Positions 38,430 through 48,033 of a stretch of DNA of 64,000 bases are shown here, in pieces (within the stretch, counting starts at the first letter, position 1; each line of letters opens with the position of its first letter). This DNA is from Dehalococcoidia bacterium (GTDB lineage Bacteria > Chloroflexota > Dehalococcoidia > SM23-28-2 > RBG-16-64-32): NCBI GenBank assembly GCA_963665775.2, contig CAXXTF010000002.1, forward strand, positions 928,001 to 992,000, given 5' to 3'. The position numbers and the translations under genes are program-made. The notes below the pieces were generated by a model, which saw nothing but the letters and a program-made list of their open reading frames with translations, ran no database searches and was not told where the DNA came from.

Positions 38430-40844
38430 GTGGACTCTGACCTTGTAATCCAGATTGACCCGGTGGTAATGAGCCGCCAGGGCAAGGCCGAAGGGGGCGA
38501 AGTCCGCTTTCTGTGCCCCGCTCATGACGACCATCACCCGTCGGCCAGGTGGAACCGGACGAAGGCCGTCTGGCACTGCGACGCCTGCGGTAAGGGCGGC
38601 GGCGCGCTGGACCTCGCTAGGCGCCTCGGTATCCCGCTACCTGATCGTGGGCCAGCCGGCTTGTCCATGTCCGAACTCGCTGAGGCAAAGGGCCTTTCGG
38701 TCGAATTCCTGAGATCACTTGGCGTCGCGGAGGGAATCTCCGGCTCTGGAAGGATAAAGTGTGTAGACGTGCCCTACCTAGACGCAAGCGGGGAGATCTT
38801 ATCGCTCCGTAAGCGGCTCAACCTTACTACCGAGCCTCGGTTCGCCTGGCGGCGTGGCGACAAGGCCGTTCCCTACGGCCTCTGGCGGCTCAACGAGGCT
38901 CGAGCTGGAGGCCGTCTGATCCTCGTAGAAGGTGAGTCCGACTGCTGGACGCTATGGAATGCCGGCCTGGCCGCGCTCGGCATTCCCGGAGGGAGCACGT
39001 GGAAAGAGGCGTGGAGGGCTTACCTTACCGGCGTCGCCGCGGTGTATCTATGGCACGAGCCCGACCCCGGCGGCGACAGCCTCATCTCCAGAGTAGCCGC
39101 TGACCTTCCCGATGTCCGGGTGATCGAGGCCCGGCCAGAGGCAAAGGACCCCAATGCCATTTGGCTAACGCTGGAGCAAGATCCAGAACGACTTCGCGGT
39201 CATCTCGACCACCTCATGGCCGAGGCCAAGCCCGCATCTGAGATTCGGGCCGAGGCGCTGAGCGACGAAGCCAGAAAGCTCTACTCACATGTGCGCGAAC
39301 TCTTGCAGGCCCCTGATCTCCTCGACAAGATTGGAGAGGCCATCAGTTCAAGTGGCTACGCCGGCAACTTGACGCCCCCGCTGCTGGCCTATATTTCCCT
39401 CACTTCACGCCTCCTGGAGCGGCCGCTCAACCTCGCCTTCATCGCCCCATCGAGCGCAGGCAAGAACCGAGCCGTCGACGCCGCCCTGGAGCTCATGCCC
39501 GACGAGGCTTACCACCTGGAGAAGGCGGGCAGCGCCAGAGCCCTTGTCTATTCTGACGCGGACTTCGCCCATCGGATAGTGGTCGTGTGCGAGGCTGATT
39601 CCATTCCCGACGACGGGCCGGCCGCGTCTGCCGTGCGCTCCATCGCCTCCGATTTCGTCATGTGCTATGACGTCGTAGAGAAAGACCCGAGCACAGGCCA
39701 GTTCAAGACCCGCAGGATCGAGAAGCCCGGCCCCACCGGGCTGATTACAACATCAACAAGGCGGCTGGGGGAGCAGATGGGCACCCGCCTCCTGTCTGTA
39801 TCCGTTGACGACACTCCGGGGCAAACTCGGGCCGTGCTCCTATCTCACGCGGCCAGCGTCAACGGAGCCAAGCCTGCATGCGACCTTTCGTCCCTTATCG
39901 ATCTGCAGCGCTGGCTGCAAATATCCGGCGACCATACGGTCACGATCCCGTTCGCCCGCGCCCTCGCTACTGCCGTGCCTGACCGAATCGTGCGGATGCG
40001 GAGGGACTTCCGCCAGCTCCTTACAGTAATCCAGACCGTCGCGCTGCTGTATCAGATACAGCGACAACGTGACTCCGACAGAAGGATCATCGCCGAGATC
40101 GATGACTACCGTGTGGCCCGCCAGGTTCTGCTCGATACCTTCTCCGCATCGGCTAGCGGCGGACTCTCAAGGCAGGTTCGGGAGACCATCGCCGCCGTAC
40201 ACGAACTCTACGACGGGCAGCACCCCCTCACAATCAAGACGGTCGGCGACAAGCTCGGGCTAGCGAAGGATACGGCCTGGTATCGAGTGAGACGGGCCAT
40301 CTCCCTGGGCCACATAGTCAATCTCGAAACGAAAAAGGGGCAACCGGCAAGGCTCATCCCGGGCGAATCTTTACCGGATGATCATCCGGCTTTGCCTTCG
40401 CCAGCAGAGCTTGAAGCCCTTGTGTACTCCGAGGAGCCGAATTCCCGTTCAACCGTTCAACCGGATGGTGATCAACAGATACATCCCGTATCCGAGGACC
40501 CGGTTGAAAGCGCGGTTGAAACCCCCGTTCAACCGGATATTCAACCGCCCCTCACCCTGGATATAGATATAGAGACCGGAGCTGAGGAGGACGCGGTTGA
40601 ACGGTTGAACGCCATCACGGGACATGTTCCCACAGAAACAGTGCCGGAGCGGCATTACGCGTTCGCGCTGGCCGAGGAGCTGGAATTCCCGGCGCTCCGG
40701 CTTCGCCCCGGAGAATCCGTTGCTGCGGGACGAGCAGCCTGGCAAACGTTTATCGACCGCGCAGACCGAGACCGTCTCAACGAAGCCACCCATGAACTGG
40801 AAGAGAAGTCGAGATCCCCCGTTCAACCTGAGGATAGGATCTGA
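38430..40844 (+). CDS. Primase-ATPase/helicase: CHC2-type zinc finger + TOPRIM + P-loop + HTH
   Basis: CPAHDD..PS...WHCDAC; LVEGESD...LGIPG...EPDPGG...KDPN; Walker A APSSAGKN; ORF open from 38238, GTG 38430 has an RBS. Confidence 0.85.
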   Translation: MDSDLVIQIDPVVMSRQGKAEGGEVRFLCPAHDDHHPSARWNRTKAVWHCDACGKGGGALDLARRLGIPLPDRGPAGLSMSELAEAKGLSVEFLRSLGVAEGISGSGRIKCVDVPYLDASGEILSLRKRLNLTTEPRFAWRRGDKAVPYGLWRLNEARAGGRLILVEGESDCWTLWNAGLAALGIPGGSTWKEAWRAYLTGVAAVYLWHEPDPGGDSLISRVAADLPDVRVIEARPEAKDPNAIWLTLEQDPERLRGHLDHLMAEAKPASEIRAEALSDEARKLYSHVRELLQAPDLLDKIGEAISSSGYAGNLTPPLLAYISLTSRLLERPLNLAFIAPSSAGKNRAVDAALELMPDEAYHLEKAGSARALVYSDADFAHRIVVVCEADSIPDDGPAASAVRSIASDFVMCYDVVEKDPSTGQFKTRRIEKPGPTGLITTSTRRLGEQMGTRLLSVSVDDTPGQTRAVLLSHAASVNGAKPACDLSSLIDLQRWLQISGDHTVTIPFARALATAVPDRIVRMRRDFRQLLTVIQTVALLYQIQRQRDSDRRIIAEIDDYRVARQVLLDTFSASASGGLSRQVRETIAAVHELYDGQHPLTIKTVGDKLGLAKDTAWYRVRRAISLGHIVNLETKKGQPARLIPGESLPDDHPALPSPAELEALVYSEEPNSRSTVQPDGDQQIHPVSEDPVESAVETPVQPDIQPPLTLDIDIETGAEEDAVERLNAITGHVPTETVPERHYAFALAEELEFPALRLRPGESVAAGRAAWQTFIDRADRDRLNEATHELEEKSRSPVQPEDRI
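40446..40611. repeat. Iteron array (8 x TTCAACCG), putative replication origin
   Basis: Direct at 40448, 40456, 40528, 40540; inverted at 40501, 40513, 40594, 40602. Confidence 0.8.
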
Positions 40845-42127
40845 TGGGGAGCAGTTTTCGAATGGAGCTTACAGTCGACTACGTAGGCCTTGATCATCTG
40901 CGTCCCGACCCGTTCAACCCACGGCGCATGTCTGACGCCGAGTTGGATGCGCTTACCCGCAGCATCCAGGAGTTCGGGCTGGTCGATCCCATCATTGCCC
41001 GCCGTGATGACCATGCGGTCATAGGCGGCCACCAGCGCTTGCTTGCAGCCCGCCGCCTGGGGATGGAGTCAGTGCCCGTGGTGTTCCTCGATCTCTCCGC
41101 CGAGCAGGCAAAGCTCCTGAACTTGGCCCTCAACCGTATCGGCGGTGACTGGGACCAGGAGCTGCTGGCCCGCCTCCTGTCCGACCTAAACGATGTTCAA
41201 GACGTCGACCTCACCTTCTTGGGCTTTGCGGAAGACGAAATCAAGAACCTGCTCCGCACCCTCGACAGCCGCGAGAAACGGGACAGACCCGAGACGTTCG
41301 ACCTCGATGCGGCCCTGGAGGCAGCCGGAGCCGACATCGGCGTTGAGCGAGGCGAGGTCTGGCAGCTCGGCGACCATCGCATCATGTGCGGCGATGCCAC
41401 TGACGGCGGCGACGCGGAGCGCCTGGTGGGCACACGACAAGCCTCCGTGGCCTTCACAGACCCGCCATACAACGTGGGCTACGGCGATCACGGCGGCCAG
41501 CAGCGGCGCTCCCGCAAACGCCGGATCAAGAACGATACCCTCCCGCCGGAGGAGTGGGAGGCGTTCTGCCGCAGCTGGGCTGGGAACCTTTTGAGTTATG
41601 TCGATGGTGCTATCTACATCTGCATGTCCACGAAGGAGTGGCCTACCGTTTCCCGCATCCTAGATGAACTAGGTGCTCGCTGGTCGGACACCATCATCTG
41701 GGCCAAGGACCGCTTCACTCTCGGTCGGGCCGACTACCAGCGACAGTACGAGCCCGTCTGGTACGGCTGGCGGGAGGGAGGCACCCACCACTGGTGCGGC
41801 GACCGCGACCAGGGCAACGTCTGGACGATCCCCCGCCCATCGGAGTCGGAGTTGCACCCCACGATGAAGCCCTTGGAGTTGGTGGAGAGGGCCATCGAGA
41901 ACAGCAGCCGGCCCGGTGATGTCGTCTTGGACCTGTTCCTCGGTTCGGGCACCACCCTGATCGCCGCCGAGCGGACAGGAAGGGTCTGCTTTGGCCTAGA
42001 ACTGGACCCACACTATTGCCGGATAGCGATCGCCCGCTGGGAGTCCTTCACCGGCATTAAGGCGGAAAAGGCCCCAACTCCGGCGATGGCAAGCAAGCCC
42101 CCTGTTAGCAGAGGTATGGGAAGGTAA
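40844..42127 (+). CDS. ParB/Srx-N6/N4 DNA methyltransferase fusion (complete)
   Basis: NPRR, IGGHQRL, FTDPPY, HPTMKP, DLFLGSGT. Confidence 0.92.
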   Translation: MGSSFRMELTVDYVGLDHLRPDPFNPRRMSDAELDALTRSIQEFGLVDPIIARRDDHAVIGGHQRLLAARRLGMESVPVVFLDLSAEQAKLLNLALNRIGGDWDQELLARLLSDLNDVQDVDLTFLGFAEDEIKNLLRTLDSREKRDRPETFDLDAALEAAGADIGVERGEVWQLGDHRIMCGDATDGGDAERLVGTRQASVAFTDPPYNVGYGDHGGQQRRSRKRRIKNDTLPPEEWEAFCRSWAGNLLSYVDGAIYICMSTKEWPTVSRILDELGARWSDTIIWAKDRFTLGRADYQRQYEPVWYGWREGGTHHWCGDRDQGNVWTIPRPSESELHPTMKPLELVERAIENSSRPGDVVLDLFLGSGTTLIAAERTGRVCFGLELDPHYCRIAIARWESFTGIKAEKAPTPAMASKPPVSRGMGR

Positions 42128-42134
42128 GGCATAA

Positions 42135-42518
42135 GTGCAATCGCGCCTCTGCTCGTTCCGCAAGGAGTCCGGTGAGGTATGCGGAGCTCCACCCCTTCTG
42201 GAGGGGGAGTTCTGCTTCTGGCACGAACCAGAACGTGCGCAGGAGGTCGCTGAGGCACGGCGGCTCGGCGGATTGCGCCGGCGCAAGGAGCGCACCGTCG
42301 CCAGCGCCTATGACTTCGAGGGGCTGGAAACGGTCGGCCAGATCCGGAGACTGGTCGAGGTGGCGGCCGTAGACACCCTCTCCCTGGAGAACTCCGTGGC
42401 CCGCTCGCGTTCCCTGGCCTACCTGGCGCAGGTAAGCGTGAACCTGCTGGAGAAGGGCAGCCTGGATGAACGGCTGCGAGCCCTGGAGGACACCGTCCGG
42501 AGGAAGACGAGAGGGTAG
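42135..42518 (+). CDS. Element Cys/His zinc-finger protein
   Basis: C.....G..CGAPP.....CFWH; basic [10 protein letters not shown]; C-terminal LDERLRALE. Confidence 0.8.
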   Translation: MQSRLCSFRKESGEVCGAPPLLEGEFCFWHEPERAQEVAEARRLGGLRRRKERTVASAYDFEGLETVGQIRRLVEVAAVDTLSLENSVARSRSLAYLAQVSVNLLEKGSLDERLRALEDTVRRKTRG

Positions 42519-43427
42519 GTGATCATGACGTCGCCAGAGAAGCGGCTGCAAGAGATTATTAGCGGCCTGTCTCCGGAGGAGAAGGCGCGGCTGGCCATCG
42601 AGGATGCCCTCCGCCAAGAGCCCGTACTCTCGCCGGGTGACTGCGACAGGATGGTGCTAGCGCTAACCCCCCAAGATGGCCGCCGCTACAACAGGGTAAT
42701 AGAGCGATACCAGTCGCTTCTGGCGAACCTGCGTCTTCTGTCGCAGCTTGTCGACGAAGCCCGTAGGCAGCTCCTACTCCGGGATCGCATCCTCTGGTTC
42801 GAGCGGGCGCTCATAGAGCAGGACGAAGCGATCGCGTTTGATCCCGGCGTAGCTGATGCACTTCTGGTGAAGAATCCTAACCTCAAGCCCGGTAAGCCCT
42901 TGACCCTCCAGCTGAGTCTGGGCACCGTCCGCCTCGGTGTCTGGGGCAAGAAGAAACGTACTCCCTATGACAAGACCAGCGGCGTTCAGCTCGATGAGCG
43001 GATGGTGGAGGCGCTGGAGCACCATATCGGGCGCGCTCGCCAGCTAGCCCGCGAGGTGAAGGCCATCTACAGCAATCTGGTTGAGGAGAGCAGGGCGATC
43101 GGGCTCGACTTCGCTGAAGAGTTCGCCACCGGTGTTGTCAGGCAGATTTCGGAGTATGATCGGCCTCTGCTGGAGGATCTGATCAGCACTAGGAATGATG
43201 GCGCTCCGGCCAGCGAAGCCTGGCACCGGGAGAGCGTATTCCCGGTGGATAAGGCCCGGGCGCTCGTATGGGAAGAGATCGAGGAGGACGCTGAAACCGC
43301 GAGGCGTATCCGTGAGGACCCGGCCGACTGGGTGCCGGCTTCATATGACCAAGAGATGCAGAACAGCGGCCAGTTGTTGGAGATCCTGAAGGGTCAGGCG
43401 AAAAGGGGGCTGGACGCCGGCGGGTGA
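42519..43427 (+). CDS. Element conserved ~300-aa hypothetical protein (only intact copy)
   Basis: Paralogs or remnants at 14833, 33634, 54866 and 57993. Confidence 0.82.
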   Translation: MIMTSPEKRLQEIISGLSPEEKARLAIEDALRQEPVLSPGDCDRMVLALTPQDGRRYNRVIERYQSLLANLRLLSQLVDEARRQLLLRDRILWFERALIEQDEAIAFDPGVADALLVKNPNLKPGKPLTLQLSLGTVRLGVWGKKKRTPYDKTSGVQLDERMVEALEHHIGRARQLAREVKAIYSNLVEESRAIGLDFAEEFATGVVRQISEYDRPLLEDLISTRNDGAPASEAWHRESVFPVDKARALVWEEIEEDAETARRIREDPADWVPASYDQEMQNSGQLLEILKGQAKRGLDAGG

Positions 43428-43733
43428 GTCGGGAGGTTGGACATGCCGGCACGCTCAGGCACCGCCCTCGGGACGAGATCGCTCAAGGTCCACCTTGCGC
43501 ACCAGCCATCACAACTACCGCCTCGGTTTCGCCCTCTGCTAGCCATGCTGATGGAGTTTGACGCGGGACGGAGTCAGGGATAGGATACAAGCCGTTGGGC
43601 GCATAGCACACTTCGGGGTCACGAAGTTGATATGGGGAATCCCGGCCATAGGTTCTCTGCCCAGACTGGCTTGGAGAGCCTTTAAGGCGGATAAGATAGC
43701 GCTGGCGGTGGTTCACAGACCATCGCCGGCATA

Positions 43734-44996
43734 ATGAAGGAGCGTGGCATGCATAACCTGAGCCTTACGAGGGCAGGCATGGCCCTGGTTGCCGTGATCG
43801 GGGTGGTGGCGGTGGCTCTGGTCCTGGCGGTATCCCCGGCCCGGGGCCAGGGCGACATCACCTATAACGTGACCATAGAGAATCTCACAACGGGGCAACC
43901 TTTCACACCGCCGGTAGTGGCGGCCCACTCTGACCAGGTCGACGTGTTCGAGCTGGGTCAGGCGGCCTCCCCTGAGCTGCAGGCGATAGCCGAGAACGGC
44001 AACAACGATCCCCTGGTGGCCCTGCTCGGCGGCTCCGCTGCCGTCTTCGACATGGCGACCGGCACGGGACCCGTACTCCCCGGCGAGTCGGCTACCATCA
44101 CCGTTAAGGCCCCAGAGGGAAGTCTGCTATCCGTAGCCGCGATGCTCATCTGCACGAACGACGGCTTTACCGGCGTGGACTCCTGGGCGTTGCCCGCCAG
44201 CGGGTCCGCCAGCGTCGACGCCGACGCCTACGACGCGGGCACCGAAACGAACACCGAGGACTTCGCTGATATCGTGCCCCCCTGCCAAGGGCTGATCGGC
44301 GTCTCATCCGACGACGATGGCACCGGCGTGACGAACCCGGCGCTGGCCGAGGGCGGGGTCATAGCGGCCCACTCCGGAATCCAGGGCGGCACCGACCTGA
44401 CCGTGGCCGATCACGGCTGGACCGATCCGGTCGCCAGGATCACCGTGAATGTGATGCCCTCGCAGGAGCCCGATCTGGAGGCGATCTACCGGCAATGGAT
44501 CGATGCCTTCAATGCGGGCGACGTGGCTGGGGCCCTGGAGCTTCTTACCGATGATGCCGTCCGGGAGCCTGCAGGCCCATGTGCGCTGAACCCCTGTGTC
44601 GGCAAGGAAGCCATCAAGGGGGTGTTCGAGCACCTCGTGGCGGAGAATCCTAGCTTCACCATCACCAGCATCGAGGTGTCCGACAACATCCTGACTGCCC
44701 GCTTGGAGGTAATTTCGCCCATCATTCTGTCAGCCGGGGTAGAGCGGATCATCAGGTTGGACACGGTGGAGTTTACCGGCGACAAGATGTCGTCTATCAG
44801 CTCGTTCCCTGACCTCACTGACGAGCAGACAGTCGTCTTCCAGAAGTCCCAGATGCCCCCCGGGCAACTTCCGCCCACCGGCGGCCCTCCCTCGGCCGGC
44901 GACGGCGGCTTCGCTTGGTCGTACATCCTCATCGCCGCCGGTGTCCTGGCCGTGCTGGGTGGCGGCGCGCTGATCACCCGTCGCCATCGAGCGTAA
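43734..44996 (+). CDS. Spondin_N + SnoaL/NTF2-like surface protein with LPPTG sorting signal
   Basis: QPFTPPVVAAH, LQAIAENG, MLICTNDGF, YDAGTE.NTE; AFNAGD...L.LLTDDAV; LPPTG + TM + RRHR. Confidence 0.82.
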   Translation: MKERGMHNLSLTRAGMALVAVIGVVAVALVLAVSPARGQGDITYNVTIENLTTGQPFTPPVVAAHSDQVDVFELGQAASPELQAIAENGNNDPLVALLGGSAAVFDMATGTGPVLPGESATITVKAPEGSLLSVAAMLICTNDGFTGVDSWALPASGSASVDADAYDAGTETNTEDFADIVPPCQGLIGVSSDDDGTGVTNPALAEGGVIAAHSGIQGGTDLTVADHGWTDPVARITVNVMPSQEPDLEAIYRQWIDAFNAGDVAGALELLTDDAVREPAGPCALNPCVGKEAIKGVFEHLVAENPSFTITSIEVSDNILTARLEVISPIILSAGVERIIRLDTVEFTGDKMSSISSFPDLTDEQTVVFQKSQMPPGQLPPTGGPPSAGDGGFAWSYILIAAGVLAVLGGGALITRRHRA

Positions 44997-45022
44997 CGCC
45001 AGTCGCGGCGGTGCAAATAGCG

Positions 45023-45048
45023 GGGGCGGCCCGTCTCGGGGCCGCCCC
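45023..45048 (+). terminator. GC hairpin after the spondin gene
   Basis: GGGGCGGCCC-6nt-GGGCCGCCCC perfect 10-bp stem. Confidence 0.5.
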
Positions 45049-45305
45049 TGGCGTTATGGGGGCGGCCCGCTGCCGTTGTCAGGCCGCCGGCCACAGCCCT
45101 CGCAGCTCTCGCAGCTCTCGTACCATCTCCCGCCGCCAGATCGCCCACATGGGGCGTCCGGCAAGTGGCCGGGAGCGCGTCGATGCACTATGAGTTAATA
45201 GCGTCTCACAAGTGCTGTTCGCATGGACTGTACGATGCGCTGAAGGATGCCGGGCCCGTTACCACCGAGGGCGTCGCCTGTTCGGCGCGACCGGTTGCCC
45301 GCGCA

Positions 45306-46949
45306 TCACTCCCCATCCCCCAACGCCAGCGACAGCAACACTGGCGGGTTGGCGAACCCAACCGGAATCACCATCCGGTCGTCCACAATCGCCAGCCAGC
45401 CGTTAATGCCTCCAGGCGCCTCGTAGGACCAGACCTCCATGCCCGTAGCGCGGTCGAACGCCAGGATCACACCGCTCAGCATCGACGTGAACACCAGATC
45501 GTTGACGATTGTCGCTCCCCCGAAGCTGTCCCCAGGAAGTGACACGTCCCACAGGATCTCCCCGCTCGCCGCATCGATCGCAACCAGTTGGCTATCGAAC
45601 GAGCCGAGCCTGACCGCGTTACCGGTGCTCGATTCCTCCGGCCCCGCGTACATGATCGGGGCGTTCACCACGGACACGAACACAACGCCGTCCGCAACAA
45701 CGATTGGCGTTACCACCCCTCCCACAGCTCCCGGCATTACGTCTAGCGCGCCTTCGAAGGTGTCGAGGTCGTCGTTCATATGCATTCCGACCGGTGTGTC
45801 CCACAGCACCGTGCCATCCGGATCGAGGCCGATGACCCGCGCGAGCTTGCCGGTGCTGATGATCACCTGTTCGCCGTCGGGCAGGTTAACGACCGCGGTC
45901 AACACCGTGTCGCGGTCGAAGATGTCGTGCGGAACCGCCTGGTGTCCCCACCTCAGTTGGCCGGTGTGGAGGTCGACGGCCAGAATTGAATCCGTCCATC
46001 GGTTGTCGCCGGGCCGGCTGGAGCCGTTCGGGAAGCCAGACGCGCCGGGGAACGGGTACGGGTTTGACGTTCCCCAGTACGAAACGCCAGCTTCGATGTC
46101 GACTGCCGGAGTATACCAGGCCCCGCCGCCGCTGTTAAGTTCCGGGTTGCCCCAGAGGTCGTCCGACTCGATGGTGTCGAACGACCACACGACCGCGCCG
46201 GTCTCCTGGTCGAGCGCGAACAGCGTGCCACGGCCGCCCGGAATAGATAGCGATGATGTCGCGGCCAGGACCAGCCCGTCCGCTACCGTTGGCTGGATGT
46301 TGATCGCCCCGCCGCTCAATAGTAGGCCCGTCGCCCACAGCTCTTCGCCCGTCGTCGCGTCGTAAGCCGCGATCTCGCTGCCTCTCTTGTTCGCGAACAC
46401 CCTGCCGGAAGCGACGGCGACGCCGCTCGGCCCGAAAACCGGGCCGTCGACTTTGACCATCCATAGCCGTTCCCCGGTCGCCAGGTCAACGGCGTGCACG
46501 TTGGTCAGGAGATCGCCGAGGTAGACGACGCCGTCGATAATGACCGGCGTGGTCGCGGCCGCGCCGGATCCCCCGCCGAAGCGCAGCTCGTATCTCCATG
46601 CCTCGGTCAGCCGGTCAACGTTGCTGGAGTCGATAGTAGAGTCGAACGTAGCGCGAGTGTTCGCGTGGTCGTAGTTCGGCAGCGGCCAGTCGAACTCGAA
46701 CTCGGTCAGCCCTATCGGCGACGGTCGAGGCGTAGGCTCGCCGTCACTTTTGCTGTCACCGTCGGAGCACGCAGCCGCTGCCAAAACCACAATCGCAATC
46801 GCTGCTCTGGGGCAAAAGGCAAAGAATCGGCGGGCATTGTTAAATTTCCGAGTCACACGGAACCGCCGCAGCGTTAGTGGAGCGGACTCGGAGTCACCAC
46901 CGGTGGTGGATGTGCACGGCCTCCTGCGGTGAGGGCTTAAGACTCGCAT
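45306..46949 (-). CDS. PQQ-binding beta-propeller lipoprotein (dehydrogenase-like); true start probably later, near 46860
   Basis: Lipobox AAAC, repeated A.D..TG...W, GGGAW.TPA.D, YWGTSNP, Q.VPHD.FD.D. Confidence 0.85.
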   Translation of the reverse strand: MRVLSPHRRRPCTSTTGGDSESAPLTLRRFRVTRKFNNARRFFAFCPRAAIAIVVLAAAACSDGDSKSDGEPTPRPSPIGLTEFEFDWPLPNYDHANTRATFDSTIDSSNVDRLTEAWRYELRFGGGSGAAATTPVIIDGVVYLGDLLTNVHAVDLATGERLWMVKVDGPVFGPSGVAVASGRVFANKRGSEIAAYDATTGEELWATGLLLSGGAINIQPTVADGLVLAATSSLSIPGGRGTLFALDQETGAVVWSFDTIESDDLWGNPELNSGGGAWYTPAVDIEAGVSYWGTSNPYPFPGASGFPNGSSRPGDNRWTDSILAVDLHTGQLRWGHQAVPHDIFDRDTVLTAVVNLPDGEQVIISTGKLARVIGLDPDGTVLWDTPVGMHMNDDLDTFEGALDVMPGAVGGVVTPIVVADGVVFVSVVNAPIMYAGPEESSTGNAVRLGSFDSQLVAIDAASGEILWDVSLPGDSFGGATIVNDLVFTSMLSGVILAFDRATGMEVWSYEAPGGINGWLAIVDDRMVIPVGFANPPVLLSLALGDGE

Positions 46950-47101
46950 CCCCTGTACTATACGGTATTGACCCTCGGGCCCGAACTTGCGACGCGCGAT
47001 TCGGCTTCACGCGAGAGAGCGGCCGAAGTGTCCATTAGAAAACGGGCCGAAAAGTCCGAAAGTCGCTGAAGACTGTCACACTCATGGCTCACCTTCGTTC
47101 G

Positions 47102-47314
47102 TTAGTTGGTGAAGATGTCGATGACGTCCGCGACGCGCCCACCGGACTTCAGTCTGTACATTTCGGTATAACCGCAATTGCTGCAGGTTATGGTCCCGAA
47201 CTTCTTGTTCTGCAGGTTGAGGAATCTGCTGAGACCAGACCCGGTCGTGCGGATTTCCTCGGTCTCGTATTTCGTCAAACCGCACTTCGCGCAGGCGAAC
47301 TCTCGTTGTGCCAT
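47102..47314 (-). CDS. Small zinc-ribbon protein
   Basis: CAKCG...SRF.NLQNKKF..ITCSNCGYTEMY. Confidence 0.8.
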   Translation of the reverse strand: MAQREFACAKCGLTKYETEEIRTTGSGLSRFLNLQNKKFGTITCSNCGYTEMYRLKSGGRVADVIDIFTN

Positions 47315-48033
47315 TGCCCCTGCCCTCCTCAGGTATCGGTGCGGCATATGCGCCGCGCTTGGTTATGGTCGTGTGAATCTAAATTTCCGATTTCAGCCTG
47401 ATGACGCCGAAATGGTGGCCATCCAATCGACCCGCATGCTACGCTCGGCTCCACCTAGGGTCAACCCTCTTCTCTTTGCCAATGAATGGGTGCTCTGGCC
47501 ATCTTCGGAACACACGCCTTTGGGTTCTCGCGAAACCCGTCCGAGCAAGCCGCCATCGCCGTGGTGAGGACGAAGGAGACCACCTTCCACGTATCTACTG
47601 GTGACGCGCCCGCAGGATCGGAAGCGGTGGCTACACCGGAAAGAGGGCTCACCTGGCCGATGGACTACACGGACGCAGCGGCACGCTATGGCTGAATAGT
47701 GTGCGTTTGATTCAGACCGCGCCCCTGCCAGCGCGGAAGACCTCAGCGAGAAACAGGGGTCATTTGACTCATTTCGATCCGCGTAGACGGGGATCGAGCA
47801 CGTCCCGCAGGGATCCGTTGCGAGAGGGGCTGCGATTAGAGCCGGTCTAACGCGCTCTGCTTATTCTGCCCCTGGGCTGAGCCGTTGTCCTGGTCTGTGG
47901 CGGGAGTCTGACGGTGGGCCAACAGATGAAGTGAGCGCATCACCCGGGTCACCATCCGATTAGTATAGAGTGTGAGTGCCCGGCCGAAGAGTTCGGGTTG
48001 CTGGCGACAGACTGTAGGGAGTAAGGTGCGTTT

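Noticed and set aside
35269-43427. Complete prophage or conjugative element
   Set aside because: No recognisable capsid, portal, large terminase, tail, relaxase or T4SS genes
47015-47075. GGCCGAA-GTCC repeats resembling an IS21-type end
   Set aside because: No transposase or second end nearby
47442-47455. CGCTCGGCTCCACC resembling a tRNA-Ala/tmRNA 3' end
   Set aside because: Short, lacks the final A and T-arm, no partner repeat; cannot be supported
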